From an uncultured Gemmatimonadaceae bacterium (GTDB lineage: Bacteria > Gemmatimonadota > Gemmatimonadetes > Gemmatimonadales > Gemmatimonadaceae), in the NCBI GenBank assembly GCA_963781585.1, contig CAWAGQ010000013.1:480001-544000 (forward strand): a DNA stretch of 64,000 bases, given 5' to 3'. Shown one piece after another: positions 42,182 through 52,307 of the stretch. The translations under genes and the position numbers were made by a program. A model generated the notes under the pieces. The model saw only the letters and a list, made by a program, of their open reading frames with translations, had not been told where the DNA came from and searched no databases. Position 1 is the stretch's first letter. Each line of letters begins with the position of its first letter.

Positions 42182-44575
42182 GTGGGCGTAACGCGGGAGC
42201 TGAGCGACTCCGCCGGAGAGCGCGACCCTGCCGTGTCCGGCACGGCGCGTCGCGTGCGCGTGACCGGCCTGGTGCAGGGAGTCGGGTTTCGTCCATTCGT
42301 GCATCGTCTCGCCCTGCGCCACGGCGTGACGGGGTGGGTGCTCAACGCCAGTGGCGCGGTGGAGATACACGCCGAGGGCGCCATCGCCCTGGTTGACGCG
42401 TTCATCGCCGGGCTGCGCGCCGAGGCGCCGGTGCTGGCTCGGATCGAGGCGCTGGACGTCTCGCCTGCCGAAGCGTTAGGCGTTGACACCTTCGAGGTGC
42501 GCGCCAGCGCGGCGTCTCCCGACGGCCGGTTGCCCGTCTCTCCCGACGTCGCGACCTGCGACGCGTGCGCCCGCGAGCTCGCGGATCCATCGAACCGGCG
42601 ATTTCGCTACCCGTTCATCACCTGCACCGACTGCGGCCCGCGCTTCACCGTCATCGAGTCGATGCCGTACGACCGCGAACGCACCAGCATGCGCGCGTTT
42701 GCCCAGTGTCCCGCCTGTCTGGCCGAGTACACCACGCCGGGTGACCGCCGATACCATTCGGAAACCAACAGCTGCCCAACCTGCGGCCCGTCACTCTGGT
42801 TCGAGCGCCGCGACGACCAGCGGTCTCCCACGTTCGGCGAGGGGGCCATGCGCAGCGCGGCACAGCTGCTGCGCGAAGGCGGCATTCTCGCCGTGCGCGG
42901 CCTGGGGGGATTTCACCTGGCGGTGGACGCGACCAGCCGGACAGCCGTGGATCGGTTGCGCAGTCGGAAGGGGCGCGAAGCCAAACCACTGGCGGTGATG
43001 GTCGGTGCCCTGGATGCTGTGCGGGAATTCGCGCAGGTGAACCCGGCCGAGGCCGGGCTGCTGGAGTCGGCGGCGCGGCCGGTCGTCCTGCTGGCCACCA
43101 GGACCGGCCGTGGTGACGACCGGGATCGCGACGGCGGGCCGCCGCTGGCGCCTAACGTGGCGCCCGGCCTGGCGCACGTGGGCGTGATGCTGGCGTACAC
43201 ACCGCTGCACCAGCTGCTGCTTCGCGCCGCGGGACGGCCGCTGGTGATGACCAGCGGCAACCTGAGCGACGAGCCGATCGCCATCGCCAACGACGAAGCG
43301 CGCCAGCGACTCCGCGACATCGCCGACGGGTTCCTGCTGCACGACCGGGAAATCGTGGCGCGCTACGACGACTCGGTGATGCGCGTCGTCGACGGTGCAC
43401 CGGTCTTTCTCCGGAGGGCGCGCGGCTACGCGCCCATGCCGATCGACCTGCCGATCGCTTCGCCCCGTCCGCTGCTGGCCGTGGGCCCGCATCTCAAGAA
43501 CACGTTCACCCTGCTGGAAGGCAGTCGTGCCTACGTCAGCCAGCACATTGGCGATCTGGAGACGGTGGAGACTGTGGAGCACTTCTCGGTCGCCCTTCGC
43601 CGGTTCGAGCAACTGTTCCGCATCCGTCCCCAGGCGGTGGTGCGCGACCTGCACCCGGGGTACCTCTCCACGCGGCTGGCGCGCGAGACCGGACTGGAGC
43701 CCGACATGCCGGTGCAGCACCATCACGCGCACATCGCGGCCGTCATGGCCGAGCATGGGCGCACCGATCCGGTCATCGGCATCGCATTCGACGGCACTGG
43801 CTACGGCGACGACGGGCATGTGTGGGGCGCGGAAGTTCTCCACGCGGACCTGGTCGGGTACCGCCGGCTCGGCCACCTGCGTTACGCTCCGCTCCCGGGC
43901 GGCGACGCGGCGGCACGGGCCCCATGGCGTGCCGCGCTGGGCTACCTGTCGCTCGATCCGGCCGGGTCGGCGATCGCGTCGGGCCTGATCGGCGTCAGTC
44001 CGCGGTCTCGGGAGGTGGCGGTTCGCCAGATCGAGCGACGGCTCAACGCACCCCTCGCGTCGTCGATGGGACGCCTCTTCGACGCCGCGGCGGCCGTGAT
44101 CGGTGTGCGCTACGAATCGCGCTACGAGGGACAGGCGGCGATGGAACTGGAGGCCCTGGCGGGTGCGCGTCAGGCGCAGCCGCTTCCGTGGCGCCTGACG
44201 ACGAACGCCGAGGGCATGGATGAGCTCGACCCCATCCCGCTGCTGGTGGCGCTGGGCGAGCGTGCGCGATTCGGCGTCTCGAAGCCCGAGCTGGCCGCGG
44301 CCTTCCATGAGACCGTGACCGCGGCCACTATTGCGATGGTACAACGCGCGGCTGACCGCACGGGCTGCCGCACGGTCGCGCTGGCCGGCGGCTGCTTCCA
44401 GAATGCGCGTCTCCTGTCGTCGCTGAGCCGCCGCCTGAAAGAGATGGAGTTCGAGGTGCTGGTCCCGGTGCAGCTCGGTCCGAACGACGGTGCAGTGAGC
44501 TTCGGCCAGGCGGCGGTTGGCGCCGCGCAACTCGCCGGTGTGGAGTGCAGGGTGGCCACCACGCTGCGCGCCTGA
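42182..44575 (+). CDS. hypF: Carbamoyltransferase
   Basis: GLVQGVGFRP, CTDCGPRF zinc fingers, QHHHAH, NDGAVSFGQ; start approximate. Confidence 0.93.
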   Translation: MGVTRELSDSAGERDPAVSGTARRVRVTGLVQGVGFRPFVHRLALRHGVTGWVLNASGAVEIHAEGAIALVDAFIAGLRAEAPVLARIEALDVSPAEALGVDTFEVRASAASPDGRLPVSPDVATCDACARELADPSNRRFRYPFITCTDCGPRFTVIESMPYDRERTSMRAFAQCPACLAEYTTPGDRRYHSETNSCPTCGPSLWFERRDDQRSPTFGEGAMRSAAQLLREGGILAVRGLGGFHLAVDATSRTAVDRLRSRKGREAKPLAVMVGALDAVREFAQVNPAEAGLLESAARPVVLLATRTGRGDDRDRDGGPPLAPNVAPGLAHVGVMLAYTPLHQLLLRAAGRPLVMTSGNLSDEPIAIANDEARQRLRDIADGFLLHDREIVARYDDSVMRVVDGAPVFLRRARGYAPMPIDLPIASPRPLLAVGPHLKNTFTLLEGSRAYVSQHIGDLETVETVEHFSVALRRFEQLFRIRPQAVVRDLHPGYLSTRLARETGLEPDMPVQHHHAHIAAVMAEHGRTDPVIGIAFDGTGYGDDGHVWGAEVLHADLVGYRRLGHLRYAPLPGGDAAARAPWRAALGYLSLDPAGSAIASGLIGVSPRSREVAVRQIERRLNAPLASSMGRLFDAAAAVIGVRYESRYEGQAAMELEALAGARQAQPLPWRLTTNAEGMDELDPIPLLVALGERARFGVSKPELAAAFHETVTAATIAMVQRAADRTGCRTVALAGGCFQNARLLSSLSRRLKEMEFEVLVPVQLGPNDGAVSFGQAAVGAAQLAGVECRVATTLRA

Positions 44576-44599
44576 GGGCGCGCTGGAGGGTAACGACCG

Positions 44600-44896
44600 A
44601 TGTGTCTCGGAATCCCCGGACGAATCGTTGAGCGCCACGAGGACCGCGGCCTGCCGATGGGGGTGGTGGACTTCGGCGGCGTGCGACGCTCGTGCTGTCT
44701 GGCCTATGTGGCCGAGGACGTCGACGTTGGCGACTACGTGATCGTGCACGTCGGCTTCGCGATCTCCAAGGTGGCCGAGGACGAAGCGCGGCGGACGTAC
44801 GAGGTGCTGCGCGACATGAGCCAGCTGGACGAGCTGGAATGGATGCGGGAGGTGGCGGACACGGGGCTTGCCGCGTTAGGGCCGACGGGAGATTAG
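44600..44896 (+). CDS. hypC: Hydrogenase assembly chaperone
   Basis: MCLGIPG, VHVGFAI. Confidence 0.95.
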   Translation: MCLGIPGRIVERHEDRGLPMGVVDFGGVRRSCCLAYVAEDVDVGDYVIVHVGFAISKVAEDEARRTYEVLRDMSQLDELEWMREVADTGLAALGPTGD

Positions 44897-44957
44897 CGGG
44901 CCACAGGCTACCGCCAAGGGGCCAGGGGACAAAGGCCAAGGGCCAAGGGCCAAAGGA
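44897..44957 (+). repeat. Degenerate heptamer repeat (RRGGCCA) between hypC and hypD
   Basis: cgggcca caggcta ... ggggcca ggggaca aaggcca agggcca agggcca. Confidence 0.65.
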
Positions 44958-45009
44958 TGAACGGACAGGCCGCCGGTCAGAGTCACAGGCCAAACGGGAC
45001 GGAGGACGG

Positions 45010-46206
45010 ATGAAGTACCTCGACGAGTATCGCGATGCCGCGATCGTGCGATCACTGGCGGAACGGATCCGGCGCACCGCGACGCGCCCGTGGGTGCTGA
45101 TGGAAGTCTGCGGCGGGCAGACGCACACGATCGTCAAGCAGGGCCTGGACGAGCTGCTGGGTGATGCGGTGGAGATGATCCACGGTCCGGGGTGCCCCGT
45201 GTGCGTGACGCCGCTGGAGCAGATCGACAAGGCGATCCGGCTGGCGCAGGATCGGCAGGTCATCTTCACGTCGTTCGGCGACATGCTGCGGGTGCCCGGG
45301 AGCGAGTGCGACCTGCAGCAGGTGCGCTCGCGCGGCGGCACGGTGCGGGTGGTGTATTCGCCGCTCGACGCGCTGCAGCTGGCGATCAAGAACCCTGACC
45401 GGCAGGTCGTCTTTTTCGCCGTGGGCTTCGAGACGACCGCGCCGGCCAACGCGATGGCGGTGCTTCGCGCGAAGGAACTCCGCGTGCCGAACTTCAGCGT
45501 GCTCGTCTCGCACGTCACGGTGCCGCCGGCGATGACCGCCATCCTCGATGCTCCCGACAACCGCGTTCAGGGGTTTCTCGCGGCCGGCCACGTCTGCACG
45601 ATCATGGGGTGGACGGAGTACGAACCGATCGCGCAGACGTATCGGGTGCCGATCATCGTCACCGGCTTCGAGCCGGTGGACATCATCGAAGGCATCCACA
45701 TGGCGGTGCAGCAGCTCGAGAGCGGACGGCACGAGGTGGAGAACCAGTACGTTCGTTCGGTACGCCGTGACGGGACGGTGCCGGCGCGCTCGGCGGTGGA
45801 GCAGGTGTTCGAGCTCGTCAACCGCAAGTGGCGGGGCATCGGCGAGATTCCGATGTCGGGGCTCAGCCTGCGCCCGGAGTTCTCCGATTTCGACGCCGAG
45901 CTCCGGTTCGGACTGAGCGACGTGAGCGTGGAGGAGCCGGCCGAGTGCCGGGCCGGTGACGTGCTGCGCGGGAAGATCAAACCGTTCGAGTGCGCGGCGT
46001 TCGGGACGCTGTGTACACCCGACCACCCGTTAGGCGCTCCGATGGTGTCGTCGGAGGGCGCGTGTGCGGCGTACCACAACTACGGACGTTATCGCGGCAG
46101 TCTGGGCGACGACGTTGAGGCCAAAGGCCAAGGGTCAGAGGCCCAGGGCCACAGGGAGGCCACCGGCCAGAGGCGAGAGGCCGACGTGCCGGGCGCGGCG
46201 CCATGA
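45010..46206 (+). CDS. hypD: Hydrogenase formation protein
   Basis: [38 protein letters not shown]. Confidence 0.95.
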   Translation: MKYLDEYRDAAIVRSLAERIRRTATRPWVLMEVCGGQTHTIVKQGLDELLGDAVEMIHGPGCPVCVTPLEQIDKAIRLAQDRQVIFTSFGDMLRVPGSECDLQQVRSRGGTVRVVYSPLDALQLAIKNPDRQVVFFAVGFETTAPANAMAVLRAKELRVPNFSVLVSHVTVPPAMTAILDAPDNRVQGFLAAGHVCTIMGWTEYEPIAQTYRVPIIVTGFEPVDIIEGIHMAVQQLESGRHEVENQYVRSVRRDGTVPARSAVEQVFELVNRKWRGIGEIPMSGLSLRPEFSDFDAELRFGLSDVSVEEPAECRAGDVLRGKIKPFECAAFGTLCTPDHPLGAPMVSSEGACAAYHNYGRYRGSLGDDVEAKGQGSEAQGHREATGQRREADVPGAAP

Positions 46207-47264
46207 CGACTCCTTCTCTCGCCTCCGGTCCCGTGTGTCCGGCGCCCCTCACCGCCATCGATCGCGTGCAGCTCGGGCACGGGTCGGGGGGCAAGATGAG
46301 CGCTGCCCTGATGCGCGAGCGCTTCCTCCCGCTGCTCGACAACGAGGTGCTCCGGCAACTGGCCGATGCGGCGGTGGTGGCGGTACCGGGCGGCCAGATC
46401 GCCATGTCCACTGATACGTTCGTCGTCAGTCCGGCGGAGTTTCCGGGCGGCAACATCGGGTCGCTGGCGGTGCACGGCACCGTGAACGACCTGGCCATGA
46501 TGGGTGCGACCCCGCGCTTCTTGTCGGCCGGATTCGTGCTGGAGGAAGGGCTGCCGTTCGACGTGCTCGACCGGGTGATCGCCGCCATGGCGGCGGCGGC
46601 GCGGGAGAGTGGAGTGCAGCTGGTGGCCGGGGACACGAAGGTGGTGGAGCGGGGAAGGGCCGATGGCCTGTACGTCAACACGACCGGCATCGGCTTCCTC
46701 GAGCCCGGGTTCGGGCCGCGGCCCGATGCCGCGCGTGCGGGCGACGCGGTGCTGATCAGCGGACCGATCGGGCGCCACGGGATGGCAATCATGGCGGCGC
46801 GCGAGGGTCTGGAGTTCGAGGCGCAGATCGAGAGCGACAGCGCGAATCTGGTGCCCCTGGTGGCCCGACTGCGGGAGCGTGTCGGCGAAGCAGTACACGT
46901 GCTGCGCGATCCCACGCGCGGTGGCGTGGCGAGCGCGCTCAACGAAATTGCGGCCGCGTCGCAGGTGGGCGTCCTGATCGAAGAGGCGTCGCTGATCGTT
47001 CCCGAGGCGGTGGCCGCGGCGTGCGAGATGCTGGGGCTCGATCCGCTCTACGTGGCGAACGAAGGCATCCTGGTCGCCTTCGTGGACGCCGCCGCGGCCG
47101 ACGACGCGCTGGCGGCGCTGCGCGGGCACGAACGCGGACAGCGCGCGATGATTGCCGGGCGGGTGACCACCGACCATCCGGGGCTGGTGATGCTGCGCAC
47201 GCGGATCGGTTCGCGCCGCGTGGTCGACATGCTGCCGGGGGACCAGCTGCCCCGGATTTGTTAG
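46203..47264 (+). CDS. hypE: Carbamoyl dehydratase
   Basis: HGSGG, DPTRGG, terminal LPRIC. Confidence 0.95.
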   Translation: MTTPSLASGPVCPAPLTAIDRVQLGHGSGGKMSAALMRERFLPLLDNEVLRQLADAAVVAVPGGQIAMSTDTFVVSPAEFPGGNIGSLAVHGTVNDLAMMGATPRFLSAGFVLEEGLPFDVLDRVIAAMAAAARESGVQLVAGDTKVVERGRADGLYVNTTGIGFLEPGFGPRPDAARAGDAVLISGPIGRHGMAIMAAREGLEFEAQIESDSANLVPLVARLRERVGEAVHVLRDPTRGGVASALNEIAAASQVGVLIEEASLIVPEAVAAACEMLGLDPLYVANEGILVAFVDAAAADDALAALRGHERGQRAMIAGRVTTDHPGLVMLRTRIGSRRVVDMLPGDQLPRIC

Positions 47265-47293
47265 GCGGGCGACAGTCCCGGCGCCCGGAGGCG

Positions 47294-47797
47294 TCAGTGC
47301 TTCGCGAACTCTCCCTGCACCTGCCACTCATCCACCCGGCGGCAGTCGAGGTTCGCGAAATGGAACTCCACCAGCGCGCCGGGCGCCACGACCGGCGCCT
47401 CCTTGACGTCGCGGCCCAGCGCGGCGCCTGACGAGTCGGTCACGAACAGCGTCAGGCGGCGGGGACTCTTCCCCATCGCCGTGACGCGGATGGTGGCGAT
47501 GCAGGTTCCCTTGTCGTTGCGCCATCCGGCGTCCTCGAAACGGAAGGCGGTGTCCGCGGCGGTGGTGGTGGCGGTCTGCGGCGCTGCCGCCCCTTCGGGC
47601 AATCGCTGCCGGAGCAGAAGAAGAATGCCGAGGGTAATCGCCGCGCCCCCGGCGATGGTGAGGACAGCCGGGAGGAGGTAGTAAAAGCGCGGCCGCGCCG
47701 CCTCCGGGTCAGGTGCCGAACGGGGCCGATTCGCCGGTCGCAGGGGTGGACCGGGCGGCGGCGTGGGTGCTGGACTGCGCGGGCCTTCTTCTCCCAT
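47294..47797 (-). CDS. Hypothetical membrane-anchored protein
   Basis: Single TM (YLLPAVLTIAGGAAITLGILLLL) then beta-rich domain. Confidence 0.55.
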   Translation of the reverse strand: MGEEGPRSPAPTPPPGPPLRPANRPRSAPDPEAARPRFYYLLPAVLTIAGGAAITLGILLLLRQRLPEGAAAPQTATTTAADTAFRFEDAGWRNDKGTCIATIRVTAMGKSPRRLTLFVTDSSGAALGRDVKEAPVVAPGALVEFHFANLDCRRVDEWQVQGEFAKH

Positions 47798-49091
47798 CGA
47801 ACGGAATCTCCCGGACGCGGGTCAGTTGGGCTCTGATCGACGCAGAAGAATCGCCGGATTTCGTGGGATTGTCCACGGAGGGCGGGTCGTTCCGGGCGCC
47901 GATGGCCCTCCCCGGGGCGACACGGGAAGCCGCGCGGCGGCCGCCGGCGAAACCCCACCTGTCGCCCCCCACCTGTCGCCCCCCGGTTCGCCGCACGACC
48001 TTTCCCGTGCGCGGGCGCCCGGCACGGCGCTGCCACACGGCGCGGACCCGTCCCAGGAGGAGGCACCACTGTCGCTGCGCGAACGGGCGGGCCGTCTCTG
48101 GCGCCGCCATCGGACGCTGTTCTGGTTGCTCCACTCGACGTGGGCATTGTCGGCCGGCATGGTGCTTGTGGTGCTGGCGCGGGAGCGTTACCACCTGGTG
48201 CCCTGGTCGGCGGTCTTCCTGGCGCTGGCCTGGACGTCCACGCTGTACTTCGGCCGTGCCGCCGCCGTAGCGGGGGAGCCACCGGGGCTCGTGCACGAGG
48301 TGGCATCCTGGATCACCCGCGTGCTCTACCAGGAGACGCTCTTCTTCCTGCTGCCGTTCTACGCGTACTCCACCGTGGTCCGCTCGCCTAACGTCGGGTT
48401 CCTCGTGCTGCTGGGGGCGCTGGCCGTACTGTCGTGCATCGACATGCTCTTTGACCGATGGCTGCGGACGCGCCCCGTCTTTTCGCTGCTGTACTTCGCT
48501 GTCGTCGCCTTCGCCGCGATCAACCTGCTGCTTCCGCTGCTGCTGGGGGTGCGACCCCGCTTCGCCGCCCCTGTTGCGGCGCTGCTCGCCGTCGGCAGCG
48601 CCGCACCGCTGGCGCGGCACGCGGCGCGTCGTGGGTGGGGGGCGCGGTTGCGCCTCGCCGCGGCGGCCGTCGTCGTCCTTGGCGTGCCGGTCGGCATGCC
48701 GGGACTGATCCCGCCGGTCCCGCTCCGCCTGGAAAACGCAACATTCGGCTCGGGATTCGACCGCAGCACGCTCACGCTGGCGGATACGCTGGCCGATCAC
48801 GTCGCCCCGGCCGCTGCCGGCGGGTCGCTCTATGTAGTGGTCGAGGTGTTCGCGCCGAGGGCACTGCCCACCAACGTGCAGCTCGAATGGTGGCGCAACG
48901 GCGCGCTGTTGCGCCTTTCCCGCGAGGTCGGCATCACGGCGCACGCCGCTGGCTTCCGGGTGTGGGACGGCTGGCACTCGCCGGGCGGGGCCGTCCCCGC
49001 GGGGCGGTACCGCGTCGTGCTGCGCACAACCGGCCGGCGGGTCTTCGGTGTCGCGACGCTGACGGTTGGCGACGGCGACGCAGCCCCGTGA
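47763..49091 (+). CDS. Membrane protein (DUF5924/DUF2914-like); start uncertain
   Basis: QETLFFLLPFY, several TM, VFAP...EW...GFRVW...GRYRV. Confidence 0.65.
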   Translation: MGAGLRGPSSPIERNLPDAGQLGSDRRRRIAGFRGIVHGGRVVPGADGPPRGDTGSRAAAAGETPPVAPHLSPPGSPHDLSRARAPGTALPHGADPSQEEAPLSLRERAGRLWRRHRTLFWLLHSTWALSAGMVLVVLARERYHLVPWSAVFLALAWTSTLYFGRAAAVAGEPPGLVHEVASWITRVLYQETLFFLLPFYAYSTVVRSPNVGFLVLLGALAVLSCIDMLFDRWLRTRPVFSLLYFAVVAFAAINLLLPLLLGVRPRFAAPVAALLAVGSAAPLARHAARRGWGARLRLAAAAVVVLGVPVGMPGLIPPVPLRLENATFGSGFDRSTLTLADTLADHVAPAAAGGSLYVVVEVFAPRALPTNVQLEWWRNGALLRLSREVGITAHAAGFRVWDGWHSPGGAVPAGRYRVVLRTTGRRVFGVATLTVGDGDAAP

Positions 49092-49149
49092 GTCGCCGGT
49101 TGGCACGAGCGCCGGGAATTCGTAGCCGACTCTAAATATTCTATTAGCG

Positions 49150-51893
49150 GGTCGATCCCCGCGCGCGCGGGGGAAACGGTAGTCCGGGCCGTGTATTGCG
49201 CAGTGCTTGGCGCGGGTCGATCCCCGCGCGCGCGGGGGAAACGTCTCCCTGAGTGGCGGCGGCGAATGCGCCGCGGGTCGATCCCCGCGCGCGCGGGGGA
49301 AACCCGGCTACGGGGATTTGAACCCCGGAACGCCCGAGGTCGATCCCCGCGCGCGCGGGGGAAACTCCCGGAGCGGCATCGGGACGTTTCCGGGACACGG
49401 TCGATCCCCGCGCGCGCGGGGGAAACGTCGATGAATGGCGTAAGCGCCTGGGCGAAAGGGTCGATCCCCGCGCGCGCGGGGGAAACGGAGTCGAACCTCC
49501 GGACGTTCACCATACGCGCGGTCGATCCCCGCGCGCGCGGGGGAAACCCTATCCGGCAGGGCGGGCTCGCGTGAGCCAGCGGTCGATCCCCGCGCGCGCG
49601 GGGGAAACCGGCCGGCCGGGCGCCGCCGTGGCCCATCCGAGGGTCGATCCCCGCGCGCGCGGGGGAAACGTCGTCGTGGGACTTCTTCGCCATGTCGTCC
49701 AGGGTCGATCCCCGCGCGCGCGGGGGAAACGACCATACGCCGACGTGGGGAGATTATCGCCGCGGTCGATCCCCGCGCGCGCGGGGGAAACCAGGGCACC
49801 TGTGCGCTGAACGCGCGCGAATGGGGTCGATCCCCGCGCGCGCGGGGGAAACTTCCTCGGCACGCTGCCGTCGGACCCGGCCGGCGGTCGATCCCCGCGC
49901 GCGCGGGGGAAACGGCGCGCCCCACCTGGAGGATAGGACCATGCGGGGTCGATCCCCGCGCGCGCGGGGGAAACTCTTTGTGGACGCGCCCAATCTCACC
50001 ATCAATGGGTCGATCCCCGCGCGCGCGGGGGAAACGGCAATGGCATGCAACGCGACTACTGCCGCACGGGTCGATCCCCGCGCGCGCGGGGGAAACTGGC
50101 GGGCGGTGCTGGCCGCGGTCCCGGCCCGAGGTCGATCCCCGCGCGCGCGGGGGAAACGGAGACCCTGCGGCGTGGTCTGGCGCGACAGGAGGTCGATCCC
50201 CGCGCGCGCGGGGGAAACTCCTCGATCTCCACCTCGGTAGTGACGGTGGGGGGTCGATCCCCGCGCGCGCGGGGGAAACTCGAATCACAGAGAGTGTGGA
50301 GTTAGGCGCCAAGGTCGATCCCCGCGCGCGCGGGGGAAACTGCGGGACCTGGAGCGGATTGGTCCAGGCGAAGGGTCGATCCCCGCGCGCGCGGGGGAAA
50401 CACATGTTATCCGGGCTCATAGCGGTCGCCCTCCGGTCGATCCCCGCGCGCGCGGGGGAAACGCTCCAGCCGCCGATGCCGGCGAAGAAGTGACAGGTCG
50501 ATCCCCGCGCGCGCGGGGGAAACAGCGTCGCTCCGACGAGCGCCCGTTTCTGGGCCAGGTCGATCCCCGCGCGCGCGGGGGAAACCACGATTCGCGCATG
50601 CGTGGGAGCAGTACCACCGGTCGATCCCCGCGCGCGCGGGGGAAACATTTCGGCCTCACTGAAAAGGGGAAGGTGGAAGGGTCGATCCCCGCGCGCGCGG
50701 GGGAAACATCGTCGACCGTGCACGTCGATGCGCGGCGAACTCGCGTGCGCAGGGTCGATCCCCGCGCGCGCGGGGGAAACCCGTCGATCGGCGACCGCGC
50801 GCCGAACTCGCGAGCATGCGGTCGATCCCCGCGCGCGCGGGGGAAACCCGCCGATCGCTCGTGCGCCCGAGCACTCCGGCGAGGTCGATCCCCGCGCGCG
50901 CGGGGGAAACCTCACGCCGTGGCACGACACGGAGGCCAGTAGCGGTCGATCCCCGCGCGCGCGGGGGAAACCTATCACCTCTGCATGCAATATGGCGACA
51001 GTCGGGTCGATCCCCGCGCGCGCGGGGGAAACAAGCCGGCCACTACGTCCGTCGCAAGATTCCAGGGTCGATCCCCGCGCGCGCGGGGGAAACGGTACCG
51101 CACGGAAGGATAGCCCCGGCTTGCCGGGTCGATCCCCGCGCGCGCGGGGGAAACATCGTCACGAGTCCACATGCGATGCCGACTGCTCCGGACGAGCTAT
51201 CGGTCGATCCCCGCGCGCGCGGGGGAAACCGACCTCGATGCGCGCTGCGATCCCCGCGCGAACGCCTGACGCTACGGACGGTCGATCCCCGCGCGCGCGG
51301 GGGAAACGCCGTGACCGCATCGCGTGGCGATCCCGCGCGCGCGAAGTCTGCGCTGCCAGTCAACGGGTCGATCCCCGCGCGCGCGGGGGAAACCGCTCCG
51401 CGCCCCGCGGTACATCGCGGAGGAGAGGTCGATCCCCGCGCGCGCGGGGGAAACACAACCCTCGATTTTCAAACAACGGCCTGCAAGGGTCGATCCCCGC
51501 GCGCGCGGGGGAAACTTTGTCGCTGCGCCGACCTTGCTCGCTGCGCCGGGTCGATCCCCGCGCGCGCGGGGGAAACGCTGGGCGGACGGTCGCCGGCACC
51601 TGACCGCGCGGTCGATCCCCGCGCGCGCGGGGGAAACTGCGGGACCTGGAGCGGATTGGCCCAGGCGAAGGGTCGATCCCCGCGCGCGCGGGGGAAACTC
51701 CCGCCCGCGCCCCCAGAGCCGCCCATCGCGCGGTCGATCCCCGCGCGCGCGGGGGAAACGCGCGGCGGCTTCGCCATCGCATCGACGCCGAAGGTCGATC
51801 CCCGCGCGCGCGGGGGAAACGCTGACGCATCGGCGATCGCGCACGCGACGAGCTCGCCGGGATCGGGTCGATCCCCGCGCGCGCGGGGGAAAC
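49150..51893 (-). CRISPR. Type I-E CRISPR array: 44 repeats GTTTCCCCCGCGCGCGCGGGGATCGACC (28 nt), 43 spacers (mostly 33 nt, range 32-58)
   Basis: Identical repeats mostly every 61 nt; leader lies between cas2 and the repeat at 51866-51893. Confidence 0.98.
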
Positions 51894-51977
51894 CCTCTCG
51901 CGTTTTGCAAGAGGGTGCGAATGACCTGAAGACCGGTTCGCCGGATCGTTAGTACTAACCAGCAGTTGTCAAATAGC
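51894..51977 (-). promoter_or_regulatory. CRISPR leader
   Basis: Between cas2 stop and first repeat; TTGACA on minus (51967-51972); palindrome GTTAGTACTAAC at 51948-51959. Confidence 0.75.
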
Positions 51978-52307
51978 TTACTCCGGTTCCAAGTCGGCTT
52001 CGATTGCAGGTAAGAGCTCCCGTCGTGCCAGGAAGATGCCATCCGCATCCTGCAGGTCCTTCGGCGGCAGGCCGAGCATCGAAACCCCTTGGCCGCCTGG
52101 CAAACGCACGTCGCGCCAGGTCATCACTATGCCCCCCGTACCCAGTTCGCCATGCCAATCCTCCAGGACCGACCAGATGCGCTCGCGAACGGCCCGTGTC
52201 ATCCGGGGCGCTGTGTATACGCCGGGTGCAATCTCCAGCATGCAGGACGCCAGAAAGCCCCGGAAGCGCGGAGCGAGGTCAACCGTTGCGACCACCGTCA
52301 TGGGCAT
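51978..52307 (-). CDS. cas2: Type I-E Cas2
   Basis: RFRGFLASCMLEIAPGVY, VRERIW, LGLPPKDL. Confidence 0.92.
   Translation of the reverse strand: MPMTVVATVDLAPRFRGFLASCMLEIAPGVYTAPRMTRAVRERIWSVLEDWHGELGTGGIVMTWRDVRLPGGQGVSMLGLPPKDLQDADGIFLARRELLPAIEADLEPE

Noticed and set aside
49092..49149. attL/attR duplicate of the tRNA-Asn 3' end at the far side of the CRISPR block
   Set aside because: No copy of CTCCCGAGGCAGGACTCGAACC was seen here.
49304..49337. Spacer targeting the atypical tRNA at 61255
   Set aside because: They share only generic T-arm features and a terminal GCCGG; too many mismatches.
48830..52048. Long ORFs across the CRISPR array (e.g. 49308-50990, 560 aa)
   Set aside because: Artefacts of a GC-rich repeat lacking stop codons.
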